Positions 48,201-61,800 of a stretch of 64,000 nucleotides of DNA are shown here, piece by piece. The notes under the pieces are model-generated. The model had not been told where the DNA came from, searched no databases, and saw only the letters and a program-made list of their open reading frames with translations. The translations under genes and the position numbers were made by a program. The stretch's first letter is position 1. Each line of letters starts with the position of its first letter. The stretch is from Octopus sinensis. Taxonomy: Eukaryota. The stretch spans positions 33,976,001-34,040,000 of the forward strand of contig NC_043001.1 of the NCBI RefSeq assembly GCF_006345805.1, written 5' to 3'.

Positions 48201-51200
48201 CCAATGCTTTTCAAATTAAATTTGGTAAATAGAAATTATAGAGAAGCAAGTCTACCACCTACAACACCATCGTTCCCTTTGCATCATGGATACAATCCAT
48301 CTAATATTGAAACACTTCTATGCAGTCTTTGTCTACCCTCTTTCACTTTTTAACCATTTTGTCATAAGTGTGTGTGTGTGTATATCTTCATATTGATACC
48401 ATTAGTGTTATGGTAACATTGTTTATATACTACATAAGACGAAGTGAAGCAGCTTGGTAATTCCATGTGTGAAAACATGGAATAAAGTTCCTTACTTGGA
48501 AATAAGAGTTGACACCAGGAAAGGTATGTGGCCATAGAAAACCGCCACAAAATGTCTCATTCCACCCATGCCAGCATGGAAAAATCAAGTGTAATAGTAA
48601 TAATGATGATAATGGGGTATGATTTGAGGTGGATTTGGTTGCTATTTCTAGCAGACTATATGACCACATAAAAGTTCCCTCATTGGTTCATGCATGCATC
48701 CATGTATTTAAGCATACTGTTCTGTTTTTAAACGCAGTGTATATTTTGCACATTCACTGCACATATTCACTGTGTGTATATACTGTACATACCATGCTTC
48801 TACTTATTTCTTTCACTTAGGACATTTCTTTCACATTGTTCAGTCTTATACTTTCATTATTTCAACTCATTTCTCCTCCACCTTCCTATCTCTAATCATA
48901 GACCATTGCATGAAATTTTTCTCAGTCCTTGCCAAATTTTCTTTTTAACAATTTTAACCATTCCATTAAAGCTCCCTACCTACTTCCCTCACACTATCTC
49001 TTCTCCAAATCCATCTTTGTATTTATTTTATTCTCTAAATTCTCCTTTTTCTACAGTCCATTCATAATTATATCTCACCACTTCCCTTCCATTTCAACTG
49101 ACCTGCCTCTTGCTAATACTTTTTACCACTCTTCACCCTCACTTTACTTCCTAACACATCACTCTATTTCCATAATTCACACATTGTCCTTTTCCACTCC
49201 TCTGACCATACGAACACCCTACACTGCTCTGTCCCTTCTTTCCCATTCATTTTTCTGACACTGTGCTATCAGCCTCTCTATTCTGTATCCCCAAAGAAGG
49301 GCAACTGTCTGAAACATTGGACCTTTCAATCCTCATAGTAAATCAGCTCATTGTAACTTGATATATTTTTTGTCCATCAACTTTTATGAAATAATGTTTG
49401 CCAATGTAGACCACCAGTTTCTTTAGATTCCAGGTTCTATCTAATACTAGCAGTATAACCCGGCTTTGCCCAGGATTAAGTTAGGATTATTAATCTAATC
49501 AAGTTCTTTATTTCAAACTAAACTAAGTAACATCGACATCAAATTTGGGTGAAATCCGTTGAAATTGGTTTATATATATATATATATATATTTGCAACAC
49601 ACACACACACATACGTATGTACACCTATTGCATACATGTTCAGGTATTTGTGTGTGTTCCCCATATATCAGCAAAACACTTTTTTCCTCGATGCAAAAAA
49701 AAAAATCAACTAGAAGGGGACTTAACTCCTGTTTGCAAACAATGGATATTTCTCTGACTTGAAAATTGTTAAAAGTTTTGGTTGAAAATTTATTTTTACT
49801 GCTATTTGCTGGTGCCTCTGGGAAAAATAAGTTAACGAAAATACAGCTAGGGTCATAACGAATGTTCTCCTAAAATTGTAGCGACATGTGTGCTAATTTG
49901 TGGACGTGCATAAATTACATTCACGTACACACACACACACATCCTGCCTTTTATGAATACAGATATCAACACTCATGTGAAATGTTCAAGACTAAATCTA
50001 ATAAAAAAGTAATTAAGAAACACAAATAACTGTAAAAAGAAGGCAAGTAAACACTATATAATATACTCAAACATAAAATGGAGGATTTTTTTCTTTTATA
50101 TTGTCCTTCAAAAATGAAAGGTCGTTGTTTTTAAGACTTTTTGGAAAGTATTTCGTGTTTACTTAGAAATTTATATGAAATTCAATAAAAGTGGTTCATA
50201 TTTTTGTGAGGGATGATTTTCAAAGAGAGGAAAACCTCACCATATATTCAAGTGGTTATAGTGTATCGTGCTCTCTCATTCTTCATTTACCTTGAAATAT
50301 TGAAGGGTCATACTGCATTGCGGCAATCATATAGTGACAGTCAGGGGAAAGTAACTCTTTTATCACCTGGGAATACCTAAATGCAACAACAACAACAATT
50401 ATATTTTCAAAATAAAATATTTTCTCTTTATACTGTTGAAGTTCTGAGGAAAGAATAAAGAAAAGAAAATGAACAAAAAAACATAATTCAATTGCAATTT
50501 TTCAATACTTCTTATATTGGATTCAAATTTTGGCACAAGGCCAGCAATTTCGGTGTCGGGGTTAAGTCGATTACATTTGAAATCAGAATGTAAAGACAGA
50601 CAAAATGCTGATAAGCATTTTGCTCAGAATGCTAACAATTTTGCCAGCTTGTTGCCTTAAATATTTTCAATATCAAGAGTAAGTACAAATTGAGTTGAGA
50701 CATTTATAATGAGTATGAAGTGAAACTTGAACACACATATCTCTTAACTGCTGCCTTTAAGCATTAGTTAATTATGTTACTACAAACCACATTCAGTTCA
50801 CCTAAGAGTTAAGGATTTAAATCTAAGGTCTTTATATGCATTATATATCTTTTTAATACAATAACATGTTGTGAATCTGTGGTTTTGTCCTTTCAAAACA
50901 TTTGTTAACAACTAAAAAAGGAGAAGTGGGGAACCTAAAATGGAAGTAATGTTGATGACAAATGGTACAGAATTTAGTTCCACCTGTTAAATTTTGGTTT
51001 CAAATCCTTCTGGTTTCCATTTTACCTTTCATTCTCTTGAACTGGAGTAAATTTAGTTGACTATATCCTAATGTTACAAATTTGTCCTATGGTACAAATT
51101 ATTATTATTGTTATCTCTATACATATAAACAACAAAATATTTGTCTGTGTGTATATCCTTTATACAAATCCACAATTTTTCAGTTAGAGAGCGCGCACTT

Positions 51201-51821
51201 TCTATGGCTATTCAAAACCGTCCAAGTGTGGTCGTGCACATCTTTACATTTCCCCAGTCACCACGCAAAGCCATTAAAAAATCAATAGAAGTAACTTTTT
51301 TGTGAATTTTCTATCCAAAACCCAATCAAAATGCCCAAAACTTGATATGCCAATTGAATGCCAGCTAGCTGTATGTGATTGGTCGGAGATTTGGACAGTA
51401 CTCGCATGTATGTGCGCATGCACGCAGCTTTATATGCATGCACTAGCACTATGACCCAGCGTTGCTGGGTCGTAGTGCTAGTCATTATTAAAGAAGCAAG
51501 CTGGCAGAATCATTAGCACATTGGCCAAACTGCTTAGCGGTATTTTGCCCGTCACTATGTTCTGAGTTCAAATTCCATCAAGGTCAACTTTGCCTTTCAT
51601 CCTTTCAGGGCCAATAAAAAAAGTACCAGTAAAACACTGTATTTCACCCATTGCTACATTCTGAATTCAAATGCCACCAAGGTGAACTCTGCCTTTCATC
51701 TTTTCAGGGTTGATAAATTAAGTACCAGTCAAGTACTGGGGTTGATGTAATCGACTTAACCCTTCCCCTAAATTTCAGGCCTTATGCCTATAGTAGAAAG
51801 GGTTATTGTCATTACTATTAG

Positions 51822-51878
<57 letters not shown>

Positions 51879-54800
51879 TATTATCATTGAGCGAGAGAGC
51901 AGAGAATGCCATCAAAGTGACACTGGGGTACAATTATACGACGCCCAATATACCCATCATTACTACCTGACTGATAAAGGTAAACCAAGCACATGCATCA
52001 CAACAACATGTGTGCAACATGGTGATCTTATATCAAGATAAATAGCGCACGACCTTGCAGGTGGAGCTCAGTTACAATTTTTTCAGGTTGAGTAGCCCAT
52101 CTTGCTCAAAAGGTCCTTGAATAAGGTTTATTTAAGGATGATGAACAAAACACCCATGTTTCCAGAGGTGAATTATTCAAACCCCAAAGAGTTCCTCTCA
52201 ACACATGGCTTATGCTCATGATCAGAGATGCACATAACATCATCCATTAAGGGATATGCTCAACTGGTTACGGTCAAGCAACTGATAAGCAAATCTGTGG
52301 TATTGAGCTGAATATTTGCTCTAGCCCATCATTTATACCAAGACAAAACAATGTACATGTAACACTTCCAATCAGTTAAGATCAGAAGCCGTGAGAGCTA
52401 ATGCCTGGTATTACATCAGGGCATTTATTATTATTATTATTGAGCGCAGTGCATACCATCATAGTGAGACTGGGGTAAAATATATGAAGCCCAGTATACC
52501 CATCATGAGTACCGGTCTGATAAGGGTACGCCAGGCACATGCATCACAGCTATATGTGCATGATATGGTGATCTCATATCAAGATTAACTGTGCATGACC
52601 TTGCGGGTGGCGCCCAGTTAGAATTTTCTTCAGGCTGAATAGTCCATCCTGTTCAAATGGTCCTTGAATAAGAGTTGTTTAAGGATATTGAATGAAATAC
52701 CCCTGTTTCCTGAGGCGAATTATCCAAACCCCAAAGAACTCCTTTCAACACATGGCTATGATGCTCCCCCTCTACTTCTGCTCATGATCAGAGATGCACA
52801 TATCATCAGCCACCAAGGGACATGCTCAACTGATTAAGGTCAAACTACTGACAAGCAAATCTGTGGTATTGAGCTGAATATTTACTGTAGCCCATCTTTT
52901 ATACAAAGACAAAATATTATTACTATTATCATTATTATTTTTTTTTTAATTTTATTTATTTTTTTTTTATTACGGTAGCAAGTTAGCAGAATCATTAGCA
53001 TACCGGGTGAAATGCTCACCAACATTTCATCCATCCTTACGCTCTGAGTTCAAATTCTGCCATGGTCAACTTTGCCTTACCTACTTTTGGGGTTGATAAA
53101 TTAAGTACCAGTGAAACACTGGGATTGATGTAATTGTTTAATGCTCTGCCCAAAAATTTCACTATGCAAGGAGGTTTTCTTCTAATTAATCAATATATAT
53201 TACTATCATTAGTAATATTATGAAACTAACATATATTATATCATCATGACTATGTAATTATGTTATTGTCATTAAACAACTATTACTAACCTTATTCTGG
53301 TTTTGGGGCTGATAGCCTCAAGAGCTCCTCGATCCCAAATAGCATTAAACTGTCCTTCAAAATCTCTGTGTTTTGGCAGAAAAGAAAAAGAAGTAAAATT
53401 AATTGCAAGATTTATTACAATTGGTTGAAATTTAAAAGCACTTTTAATTATATTCTGGAAGAAAAGAAATAACCTATTTTTTTTTACTTCCTTTATTTTA
53501 GATGAAGTTAAAGGAAGGCCTAGAAAGAATTACTGCAAGTGAAATAAATGTCAGAGATGCTTTGCCCCATGCAGAAACTAGGAGCTACTTCTTGTACACA
53601 TCACATGAATGGGGCAGTGAGGACTTAAGTAGCCTTTGTCTGAAAAAGGATTTCATCTGCAGTCCCTTGTCAACCACCACCACCACCACTTTGAGATGAT
53701 TTCAATTGCCATAGTTATCTTCGTACCTACTTGGAGGTTTTCTTCAAACTAACACACAGACCTAAAGACAGTCTTCTACAACATGACTATTAATAATAAT
53801 TAACAATCATTGTAAATTGAAAAAATAAGGAAAACAGTCACATTCGTTAATAAAATAACATCTGATAATATTTTCTCAAAATTTAAATTGGTAAATTAAT
53901 AACTGTCGTCATCATTGTCTATTTTTCTCTGGAACGATTATCAAACTGTAGAAAATCTGCCTCAATAAAATCCATCTGACTCATGCAAGCAAAGAAAAAT
54001 AGAAGCTGAATGATGATGATGATGATGCAAATGAGGATCTCTAATTATCAAATAGCTAATTAATACATGTAGCTGATATGTAGATGGCATGGAATAAATG
54101 CTACAAAGCACTTTTATTCAGTTTATCAATTTATGAGCAATTCCTTGGTCACATGTGTCCCAAATCAACAACATTAGCATTTCCCACTGAAGTTATTTTT
54201 CTACGACAGAGGGAAATTGAAATTCTTGGACATGAGACACATCTACCACAGCCACTACTACATCACCACCACCACAACTGCCCTTCCTTTTGGCAACTCT
54301 CATCTGTTTCCAAACAAGTTAATATTTCCCCATGTCCAGACATCATGTGATCACATGATATACATCACTGGTTACAATGTGCTCCTCACCATTTTACCTT
54401 CCAAATGATGCCATACCATTGGCTGGGTGAGCAGGCCAATGTCCACACTTAATATTGGAAATGAATGACATTGCTTCTTTGACACTGACACACATTTACA
54501 AGTACCACAAGATGTCAAGTCAGGGAGAGACAAACCCATGCACCACCACACACAACTGGCTTTTTTTTTAAGCTCCAGGCTACAGAAGGAGACACTTGCC
54601 CAAGGTGCACACATAGGGGGATTGAACCTGGAACTATGTGGTTGCAAAGCTAGCAACTCAGTCATTCCTCTGTGTCCATGTTCTAATATTGAAAATTTAG
54701 TAGAGTTTTAAAAAGTGCAATACTTACTTTGAAAATTTAAACATATTCATGCAATAAAGTTTGATTTTCCCATCTTTGCTCTAGAAGAAAGATAAAATTC

Positions 54801-57800
54801 AAATGAAATACTTATTGAAACAATTTTTGAACAACTAACTTCAATTTTCTGGATTTCTTTACTATAATACTCTAATTTCAGTTCTTAAGTTGCCATTTAT
54901 TATTTATTCATTAGTATTCAGATCACTCTGTCAAATACGATTGCTTATTTATTCTCATCATTCTGTATTACTCATGCATTGTCTCATAACTTTGAGATTT
55001 CAATGCTGTGATTGATTCTTTTTAGAATGACATTGTAGGGAAGGTGAAAGAGGCTGGATCTGATCAGTCTGAACATAGAATATTTCAACCAGATTTGACT
55101 GGTTTAAATGCTAAACAATTAAGCATCATGTATGTGTAAATGCAATTAAGGTGAGAATGAGCTCACAAAATTATATTTCAAATAGAATTTCAATGCAACT
55201 ATCCACTGTACTATCAATACCACTACTGCTGTTGGAAAAAAAGAACAAAAATAAAAAAAAACAACACAAGGATGTGGTACATACGAAATATTAATAAGAC
55301 ACTCAGAGAAAGAAAATAAGGGTGTTTTACATTTCGAGCAAGGCTCTTCTTCAGAAACAGGAGACATAATCAGTGCAGTAATGCACTTTTTAATCATCAG
55401 TGCAAGCATAATTCAAGATTAATAACGAATGAACAAAATCAACATACCAGATGATATATACAAATATATATATATAGGATTTTCTTTCAGTTTTTGTCAA
55501 CCAAATCCAATTCACTCAGAAGGCTTTGGTCAACCTGGAGATATACATGAGGCTAGAGTGCCACACACTGGGAGTGAACTTCAAACTGTGTGGTTGGAAA
55601 GCAAATTTTATACCACACACACCCACACCTGCACCATTATTTCAACATTTCTATAAAAGCTTCTACTATAAAAATGAATATTTACTGCAAAGAGTTTTCC
55701 TGTGTTGTCCTTTAATTCTTCAACAGTATATTCCAAATTCTGGTCTGTAAAGAATTCCTGAAAAGCTTGTTCAGCAACGTCAACTCCAACAATATTGTGC
55801 CCTTTATCTGCTAATCTGAAAAATAAACAAACTATACATATATATATTTCTTTACAGCCCACAAGGGGCTAAACATAGAGGGGACAAACAAGGACAGACA
55901 AACGGATTAAGTCGATTACATCGACCTCAGTGCATAACTGGTACTTTATTTATCGACCCCAAAAGGATGAAAGGCAAAGTCGACCTCGGCGAAGTTTGAA
56001 CCCAGAACGTAATGCATTTCGCCTGGCGGGCTAACATTTCTGCCAGCTCATGGATCATCATCAGCATCATCACCATCATCATTTAACATCCGCCTATATT
56101 TATACACACACACACACACACTTGTGCACACATACAAACGCGCACACACACTCAAACACACACACACATCACTGGAGATAATGTTCTGTTGGATCCTCAT
56201 AAATTTAGTGGGTGAGGGAAAAAACAAGAGCAGAGAATGGGTTCCAGAAGGATGAGAGGCTGAGAAAAGGAGTGGAAACAGTATTTATTACAGGATGAGG
56301 TGTTGCATCTCTATGGGTGATTGCTAAAAATGGACATCATTTTTATTAGATGTTGTTCTCATTACTTGGAAGTAGATCAGCTTCCATGAGCAAGTCCTTG
56401 AACAAGTATTTCAGCATGTGAGTAACTTCCACCTTGACACAGAGCCACTGTGTCCATGTTGCTATTGGTATTTACAGAATACTAATGCAAAACATTTCCT
56501 ATCAAAGACCTGCTGTTAGTTAATGAAGAAGCTTGAATCCATATGTAATGGCCCTGGAAGCTGTCCCATCTTTCAGACGGTGCATAAAACTTGTGGATTA
56601 TTTAGTCTTAATTAGTGATTGATGTAAATCTTTTACAAGCATAACATAATCAAAAGACGGATACAGATTTCTTCAGTCTTTAGATAGAGCACGTAAGGTC
56701 CAGAAACTATACAAGCACTTCCTTGCTGGTTATTTTTGTATTGAGTCACTGTTATTCAAAGACAATACTTACTTTTTCATATCTACACATTTCCCACAAA
56801 AGGGAAAGAAAATTTTTATTCCATTTCTTCCATCAATAAATTTGTCCAAGTGTTTCTCAAGTGATCTTAAAGACAAAGGAAAAGAATAGCAAAAATAAAC
56901 AATTATTTGAATAATATTCCATAAAAACAATAATAATTTCTTTTGACAGAGTACCATGCCAGTTATTTAAAGGGAAAGGTGTAATCAAAAGATTGAACCT
57001 CAATATGTTACTAGTACTCATTTTGTCAGTAATGTAGGCACAAGAAGCAAAGAAAACCTGGCAGAATTAGAAACCAAGAACAAGATAGTGAGCCTTTATG
57101 AAATCACTCAAACTGCTGGTAATAACAGCTAAACCCTTCAATGGTATCCAACCTGGGGTTTTTGGATCTCTGCAGCACTACAAATGTAGCAGTGTGCATG
57201 TGTGTACATGTGCAAGCATACACATATGCATGAATAAAGGCTTAGGATAGTATGCCTGTATCAATGCTTTGCATGAAAATTATTGAGGTGAGAAAATGTG
57301 ATGCTTCTTGACATCCCCCAGCTTCATACTGCTGAAGATGCAAGAGGAAATAAAAGATAAATCCTTCACACAGGAAGCAAGGCTTAGGGTGATGAAGGGC
57401 ATTTGATTGTGAGAACAATGACTGCGAAATGTATTTGCTAGCAAGGAAAAGAAAACAGATATTAGACAAATAAATTCATTTTCATGTAACTGAGAAATAG
57501 TGGATTGATCTCTCTAATTCTTGTTTCCCTTCATCTTACCCTACCCCTCTTACATGTCACTCCTTCATTTCTGTTACCATTTGCAGACAATACTACTTCT
57601 CTCTCTCTCTGTTTCTCCTTTGGAAGAAAGGATAAGGGCAAAAAATAGTAATTAGACTTAGCAAACTCTTCTAAGAACTTTACTATAGGTTAACCCATTT
57701 GAAACCAACCCACCTGAGACTGACCCTCATTTTATGATACAAATTTCTCATTTTAATCCTTTAACATTTAAAACGGACATATCTGGCTAAAATATTCTAC

Positions 57801-58822
57801 TTGCTTTATGTTCAAACTGGCCAGATCTGGAGTCTCACATCTACCCTGAATGTCATTTTGAACATAAACAAATACATCATCAAAATCTCAAGGTTACAAG
57901 ATAATGCAAGATAAATTCATGACAATCATCATCATCCTCCACCTTTTCCTCTTCATCATCATCATTTAGCATCTGCTTTCCATGCTGGCATGGGTTAGAT
58001 GGCTTAGTTGAAACTGCTAAACTGGAGAGCTACACCAGGTTCCAATCTGATTTAGTATGCCCTTCCTAAATGCCAACCACTCCATCTGACAGAAAAATCT
58101 GAATGCTAAAGGGTAAAGTGATCTAAATAACAAGTTTCTTTCAAAATTTCAAGTTGATTGATGTTTCAAACATCATTTTAATTACTGCAAAATTATTTCA
58201 TTATTAAATTCTTCATTATTTTTCAGAATTAATTAAAATAAAGACTGGGTATTTTAACAGAAATATGGTAACAAAAGAGCTGACTATAGGTATGATGCAG
58301 TATCAGTGATGTGACAGGAAATGTTCATCCCTCAGCTGGTCACCCAGCATCCTTATCAATTCAAGACATGTAAGGGAGTCTCTAGGCAGTCACCTGATGT
58401 GCTAGAAGTAGCAGATAAACCTCCTTCAAATAACACTCTGCTATCTTATAAAGGGTAGATCACCTGTGCTATGTAGCTCTTAAACAATAAAAACAGACCC
58501 TGGGATCATATCTTGGGTCAAGTGGGACTGACTTTAGGTCTGTCATAAGTTTAAAGGCTCATGAGGTCAAAGTTTATTTCAGTTTCCATGGCATATTAAC
58601 ATAACTAAATAGTATGGCAGAACAATCATGGCAAAACTAGACAGTTACAACTTGAGCCAGATTTGGTACTTGATTAGGTTAATTAGTTAAAAATAATTGA
58701 GTAACTTACACGTGCATTTCTTCCTGGTGGAAAGGAATATTTTTAGTGGTCCACCGATTGATCCAGTAACCATGTTCATCAAATTCGCCATCAGAGGTAG
58801 TTTTCTTTTCACTCTCAGTCAT
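45142..58822 (-). CDS. TPMT: Thiopurine S-methyltransferase, 8 coding exons: join(58822..58710, 56865..56773, 55815..55686, 54780..54728, 53365..53291, 50376..50291, 46296..46252, 45251..45142); 234 aa
   Basis: The manually spliced 705-nt ORF has all GT-AG introns with compatible phases: MTESEKKTTSDGEFDEHGYWINRWTTKNIPFHQEEMHVSLEKHLDKFIDGRNGIKIFFPFCGKCVDMKKLADKGHNIVGVDVAEQAFQEFFTDQNLEYTVEELKDNTGKLFASKDGKIKLYCMNMFKFSKDFEGQFNAIWDRGALEAISPKTRIRYSQVIKELLSPDCHYMIAAMQYDPSIFQGPPHNVTEEDIQNLYGDMCSIEEIDKNDNSPRFKERGLEEIFEVIYFLKIK*. TPMT motifs present: W..RW...FHQ, FFPxCGK, GVD, WDRGAL, YDP..GPP. Confidence 0.96.
46252..46296 (-). CDS. TPMT: TPMT coding exon 7 (GPPHNVTEEDIQNLY), 45 nt
   Basis: TTTCTTTAG acceptor, GTAAGT donor. 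Confidence 0.95.
46875..47940 (-). mobile_element. CR1/L2-group LINE, 5'-truncated RT fragment, in TPMT intron 6
   Basis: PQGSVLGPLLFLVFINDLP...LFADDIKL; VKDLGILVD...; LVRPILEYG..SPY; ERVQRLATRM; (TAAC)n-like tail; frameshifted. Confidence 0.9.
48660..49400 (+). mobile_element. Decayed Penelope-like tail with a degenerate hammerhead (49285..49322), in TPMT intron 6
   Basis: Pyrimidine-rich tract followed by gtatcc-ccaaaga-agggc-aact-gtct-gaaa-catt-ggac, a decayed CUGAAGA..GAAACGUU hammerhead. Confidence 0.45.
49447..49963 (-). mobile_element. Non-autonomous Helitron in TPMT intron 6
   Basis: On the minus strand: A|TCTGTATTCATAAA start, subterminal cctgggcaaagccggg hairpin, CTAG|T end. Confidence 0.6.
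50291..50376 (-). CDS. TPMT: TPMT coding exon 6 (YSQVIKELL...QYDPSIFQ), 86 nt
   Basis: TTTAG acceptor, GTAAAT donor. Confidence 0.95.
51114..51481 (+). mobile_element. Non-autonomous Helitron in TPMT intron 5
   Basis: A|TC 5' end; 3' hairpin actagcactatgacccagc-gtt-gctgggtcgtagtgctagt ending CTAG|T. Confidence 0.7.
53291..53365 (-). CDS. TPMT: TPMT coding exon 5 (DFEGQFNAIWDRGALEAISPKTRI), 75 nt
   Basis: CAG acceptor, GTTAGT donor; WDRGAL motif. Confidence 0.95.
54728..54780 (-). CDS. TPMT: TPMT coding exon 4 (SKDGKIKLYCMNMFKFS), 53 nt
   Basis: CTTCTAG acceptor, GTAAGT donor. Confidence 0.95.
55686..55815 (-). CDS. TPMT: TPMT coding exon 3 (LADKGHNIVGVD...GKLFA), 130 nt
   Basis: TTCAG acceptor, GTAAAT donor. 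Confidence 0.96.
56773..56865 (-). CDS. TPMT: TPMT coding exon 2 (SLEKHLDK...FFPFCGKCVDMK), 93 nt
   Basis: AG/GTAAG boundaries; contains the SAM-binding motif I region. Confidence 0.96.
58710..58822 (-). CDS. TPMT: TPMT coding exon 1 (MTESEKK...FHQEEMH)
   Basis: ATG at 58822 and GTAAG donor. A polypyrimidine acceptor lies 8 nt upstream of the ATG (exon starts at 58830), implying a further upstream exon. Confidence 0.93.
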
Positions 58823-61800
58823 ATTTGGTTCTTCAAAACAAACAGAAAAATAAATTCAAAAAGGAGCAACACACATTTATTAAAAACTGGTTCAAGAGTG
58901 TGAAAGGGATAAATTTTTCAGGCAAGTATTTATCCTTCTTCACCAAGTGCCTTTTTCATGACTACTTTGGAAACTATGGTGAAGTCCATTCTTTGCTGAA
59001 GAGAGCTAATCCAATTGAAATATGTTGCGAGTTATCTCCCTTATATACTGAAATAACACTTGCCATTGAATTAATGCTGACTTATCATCAGCAGATTATT
59101 ATTTTTAATTATCTTTCTGCAGCTTGTGACAATATATACATTAATATTAATTCAGATATGGTAAGACAATATGAAGCTATGTGGTCTTAGTTAGGGTGTT
59201 GGATTCATGATTATAAGGTTGTGGTTTCAATTTCCAGACTGGCTGGTGTTCTTGAACAGTATACTTCATTTTACACTGTTTCACTCCTCTCAGCTGAAAA
59301 TTAGTACCAGCAACTGTAATGGACTGACATCATGTTCAAGAGGGACTTCTCTAGTCTTGAGTTGCTCATAAGCCCTAGAAACCAAGATAAGCTCTGATAG
59401 TAAAAAGCTTGAAGGCTCATGACAGACCTAAGTTTGAGCTTATGATGGGGTCTTTGTATGATCACTTGAACTGCAAGACATAGCAGTCAAATGAAAGGAC
59501 ATGTCAAGGTAAGTAAATGTGTGGCCATCCACACATCCAAGCAGGTCCTTTATGGCCATGAACTCCCTCACACACACATAGTCTCTCCCCTGTCAAAACT
59601 CCCCAACAAACCATCTTTCTAACACCTCCACCACCACCTGAAAGTTCCCCCCTCCCCGTCACATGCCTATCTGCTCATTCTCCATGCCCTCACATCTACC
59701 ATACACCCCTCCCAGCTACCGCAATTTCTCTCAACATCACTTGCAACAGCCGTGTCTTCTCCATCTCTAAACATCTCCTCTCATACCCTAACGGAAAATC
59801 CTCCTCTGTTCCCTCAGTACTACTTATACTCCCTCCAATGTTTCCTGTTGACAGGCTTCCTTCAACACCATCTACTTCTCTCTCTCTCTCCCACTTTCCT
59901 CTCCATCCCTGTGCTACAGGTGTAGTCAAGTACCTCCTCTATAATAAGACACCTATCCCTGTCCCTCTGTTTCACTTGAACCTCTTGCCTGGCACATAAC
60001 CACTTTCCACAGTTCCACTCCCTCTTGCAGCTGAGAGGTTTTTGACTTGCAAGGTAACTGGTGACCCCACTGGTGCTGGTTGCATGTAAAAAGCATCTGT
60101 GCTGGAGACACATAAAAAGCACTGAGTACACTCCATAAAATGATTGGCATTAGAAAGGGCAACCAGCTGGAGAAACCACATCAAAACAGATAAATGGAGC
60201 CTGGTGCAGAATTTTCCCGAAGGTGGGAAGGGGAGTTTCTGAAAATTCACAAAAGTCAGTTTTGTTTCCTCGTAACTTTCAGAAAATTGGGTATTTTAAA
60301 ATGAAACTTTCTACATATAACTTTCAGATGATGTGGATTATGATTATATCGGAATTTAAGACGAAAAAATGGTGGGCGTTCACACATATATTAAGAGACT
60401 CCTCACAAATTTTTTTCGATATTTCAATTTTCATTTCGTGATGTGTGTCAGTAACCACTTTTTTTTTTTTTTTCATATTAAATTCGAATATAACCGTAAT
60501 ATACACCACTTGAAAGGTATTTATATAAAATTTTAAAATCCAGTTTTCGGAAAGTTGAGAGGAGACAAAGACAACTCGTGTGATTTTTCGAAACTCCTCT
60601 CCCCATCCTTGGAAAAAAACCTTTTAGCAAAAACATTCCTATATAATCGGAATCTACAGCACCTGAAGCATATTTATAGAAGTTTTCATTGGAAAACATC
60701 CATTTTCCTCGCAGTTATGAGGAAACAAAATCGATGGGGCACATTTGTGTAAGTATGCTGGGATAAATAACTTGTATGAATTAGAGTAAGATGAATAAGG
60801 AAAACAACGTAACAGTTTACGGCGTGCGACCTACAAAAAATAGCAGCCAAATCTCTCTCAAACAACAGTTCTAGATGCACTAAGTCTGAATAAAAAACTG
60901 GATGATAACAGATAGATTGTCTTCGATCACAGATCAGAGTTATACGACTTATCGATTATTTTTACTCTGTTCAATAGAGCATATAAATATGAACTTTTCT
61001 AAAAAGTACTTAGAGGTAATGTATGCAGCTATTACTGCAGTACAGCTGGAAGCAATCCAGTCTTTTATCTAGACTTAGTGCATCGAGGACTGTGATTTGA
61101 GAGATCTACCTGCAATTTCTAATAGATCGAGCGACGGCATAAAAGCCCTTTTCTTAATTGTCACTTTGTGTTTGCTATCCAACTTAAGCTATTCACATGA
61201 TTAAGAAAAATTTTTTTTTTTTTAAAGTTGACAAAGAAGTTCGTTTCTTAACCATCCTGTTCCAGGTTCTGTACCACTGAGCAACACCAGTTCCCTAGCT
61301 TCAATATAGTATTTAATTGGTGCTGATCAGCCTAATAGGGAATACTTATGATCAATGACGCTCCTTCCACAATCATCTTATCTTCCAAAGTACATAAACC
61401 AATGTGTCTCTCTTTTAATTATAGAAAAACTACTCAGCTCGAAAATCGTATGAAAGGCTCATATTTAAATAAAAGTTTTCGATGCAAACCTTGTAACAAG
61501 AATATATTCTTTTCTACTCTAGGCACAAGGCCCGAAATTTGGTGGGAAGGGGCCAGACCTACTCGCACCTAATTTATCGACTCGGAAAGAAAGAGAGGTA
61601 AAGTCGACCTCGGCGGAATTTGAACTCAGAACGTAAAGACCGCTAAGCATTTTGCCTACCAAGCGTAGGAACAAGCGTAGATGGAGGAAAGAAAACAAGA
61701 AAGAGATAAATATGAACAATTGCGCAGACCTACGCCCCTAACAGGTTGGTCCTTTCTAAGACACCTCAACGCTTCTAAAGTAAACTTTGTTTGTTTACGG

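Noticed and set aside
53502-53699. Plus-strand acceptor plus a Cys/His-rich segment (YCK*NKCQRCF...H)
   Set aside because: Multiple stops, antisense in a TPMT intron; probably a decayed TE zinc-finger fragment and not assignable.
57242-57440. Strong minus-strand acceptor with a 65-codon open frame in TPMT intron 1
   Set aside because: No homology recognised and it ends in a stop; at most a cryptic or poison exon, unsupported without RNA data.
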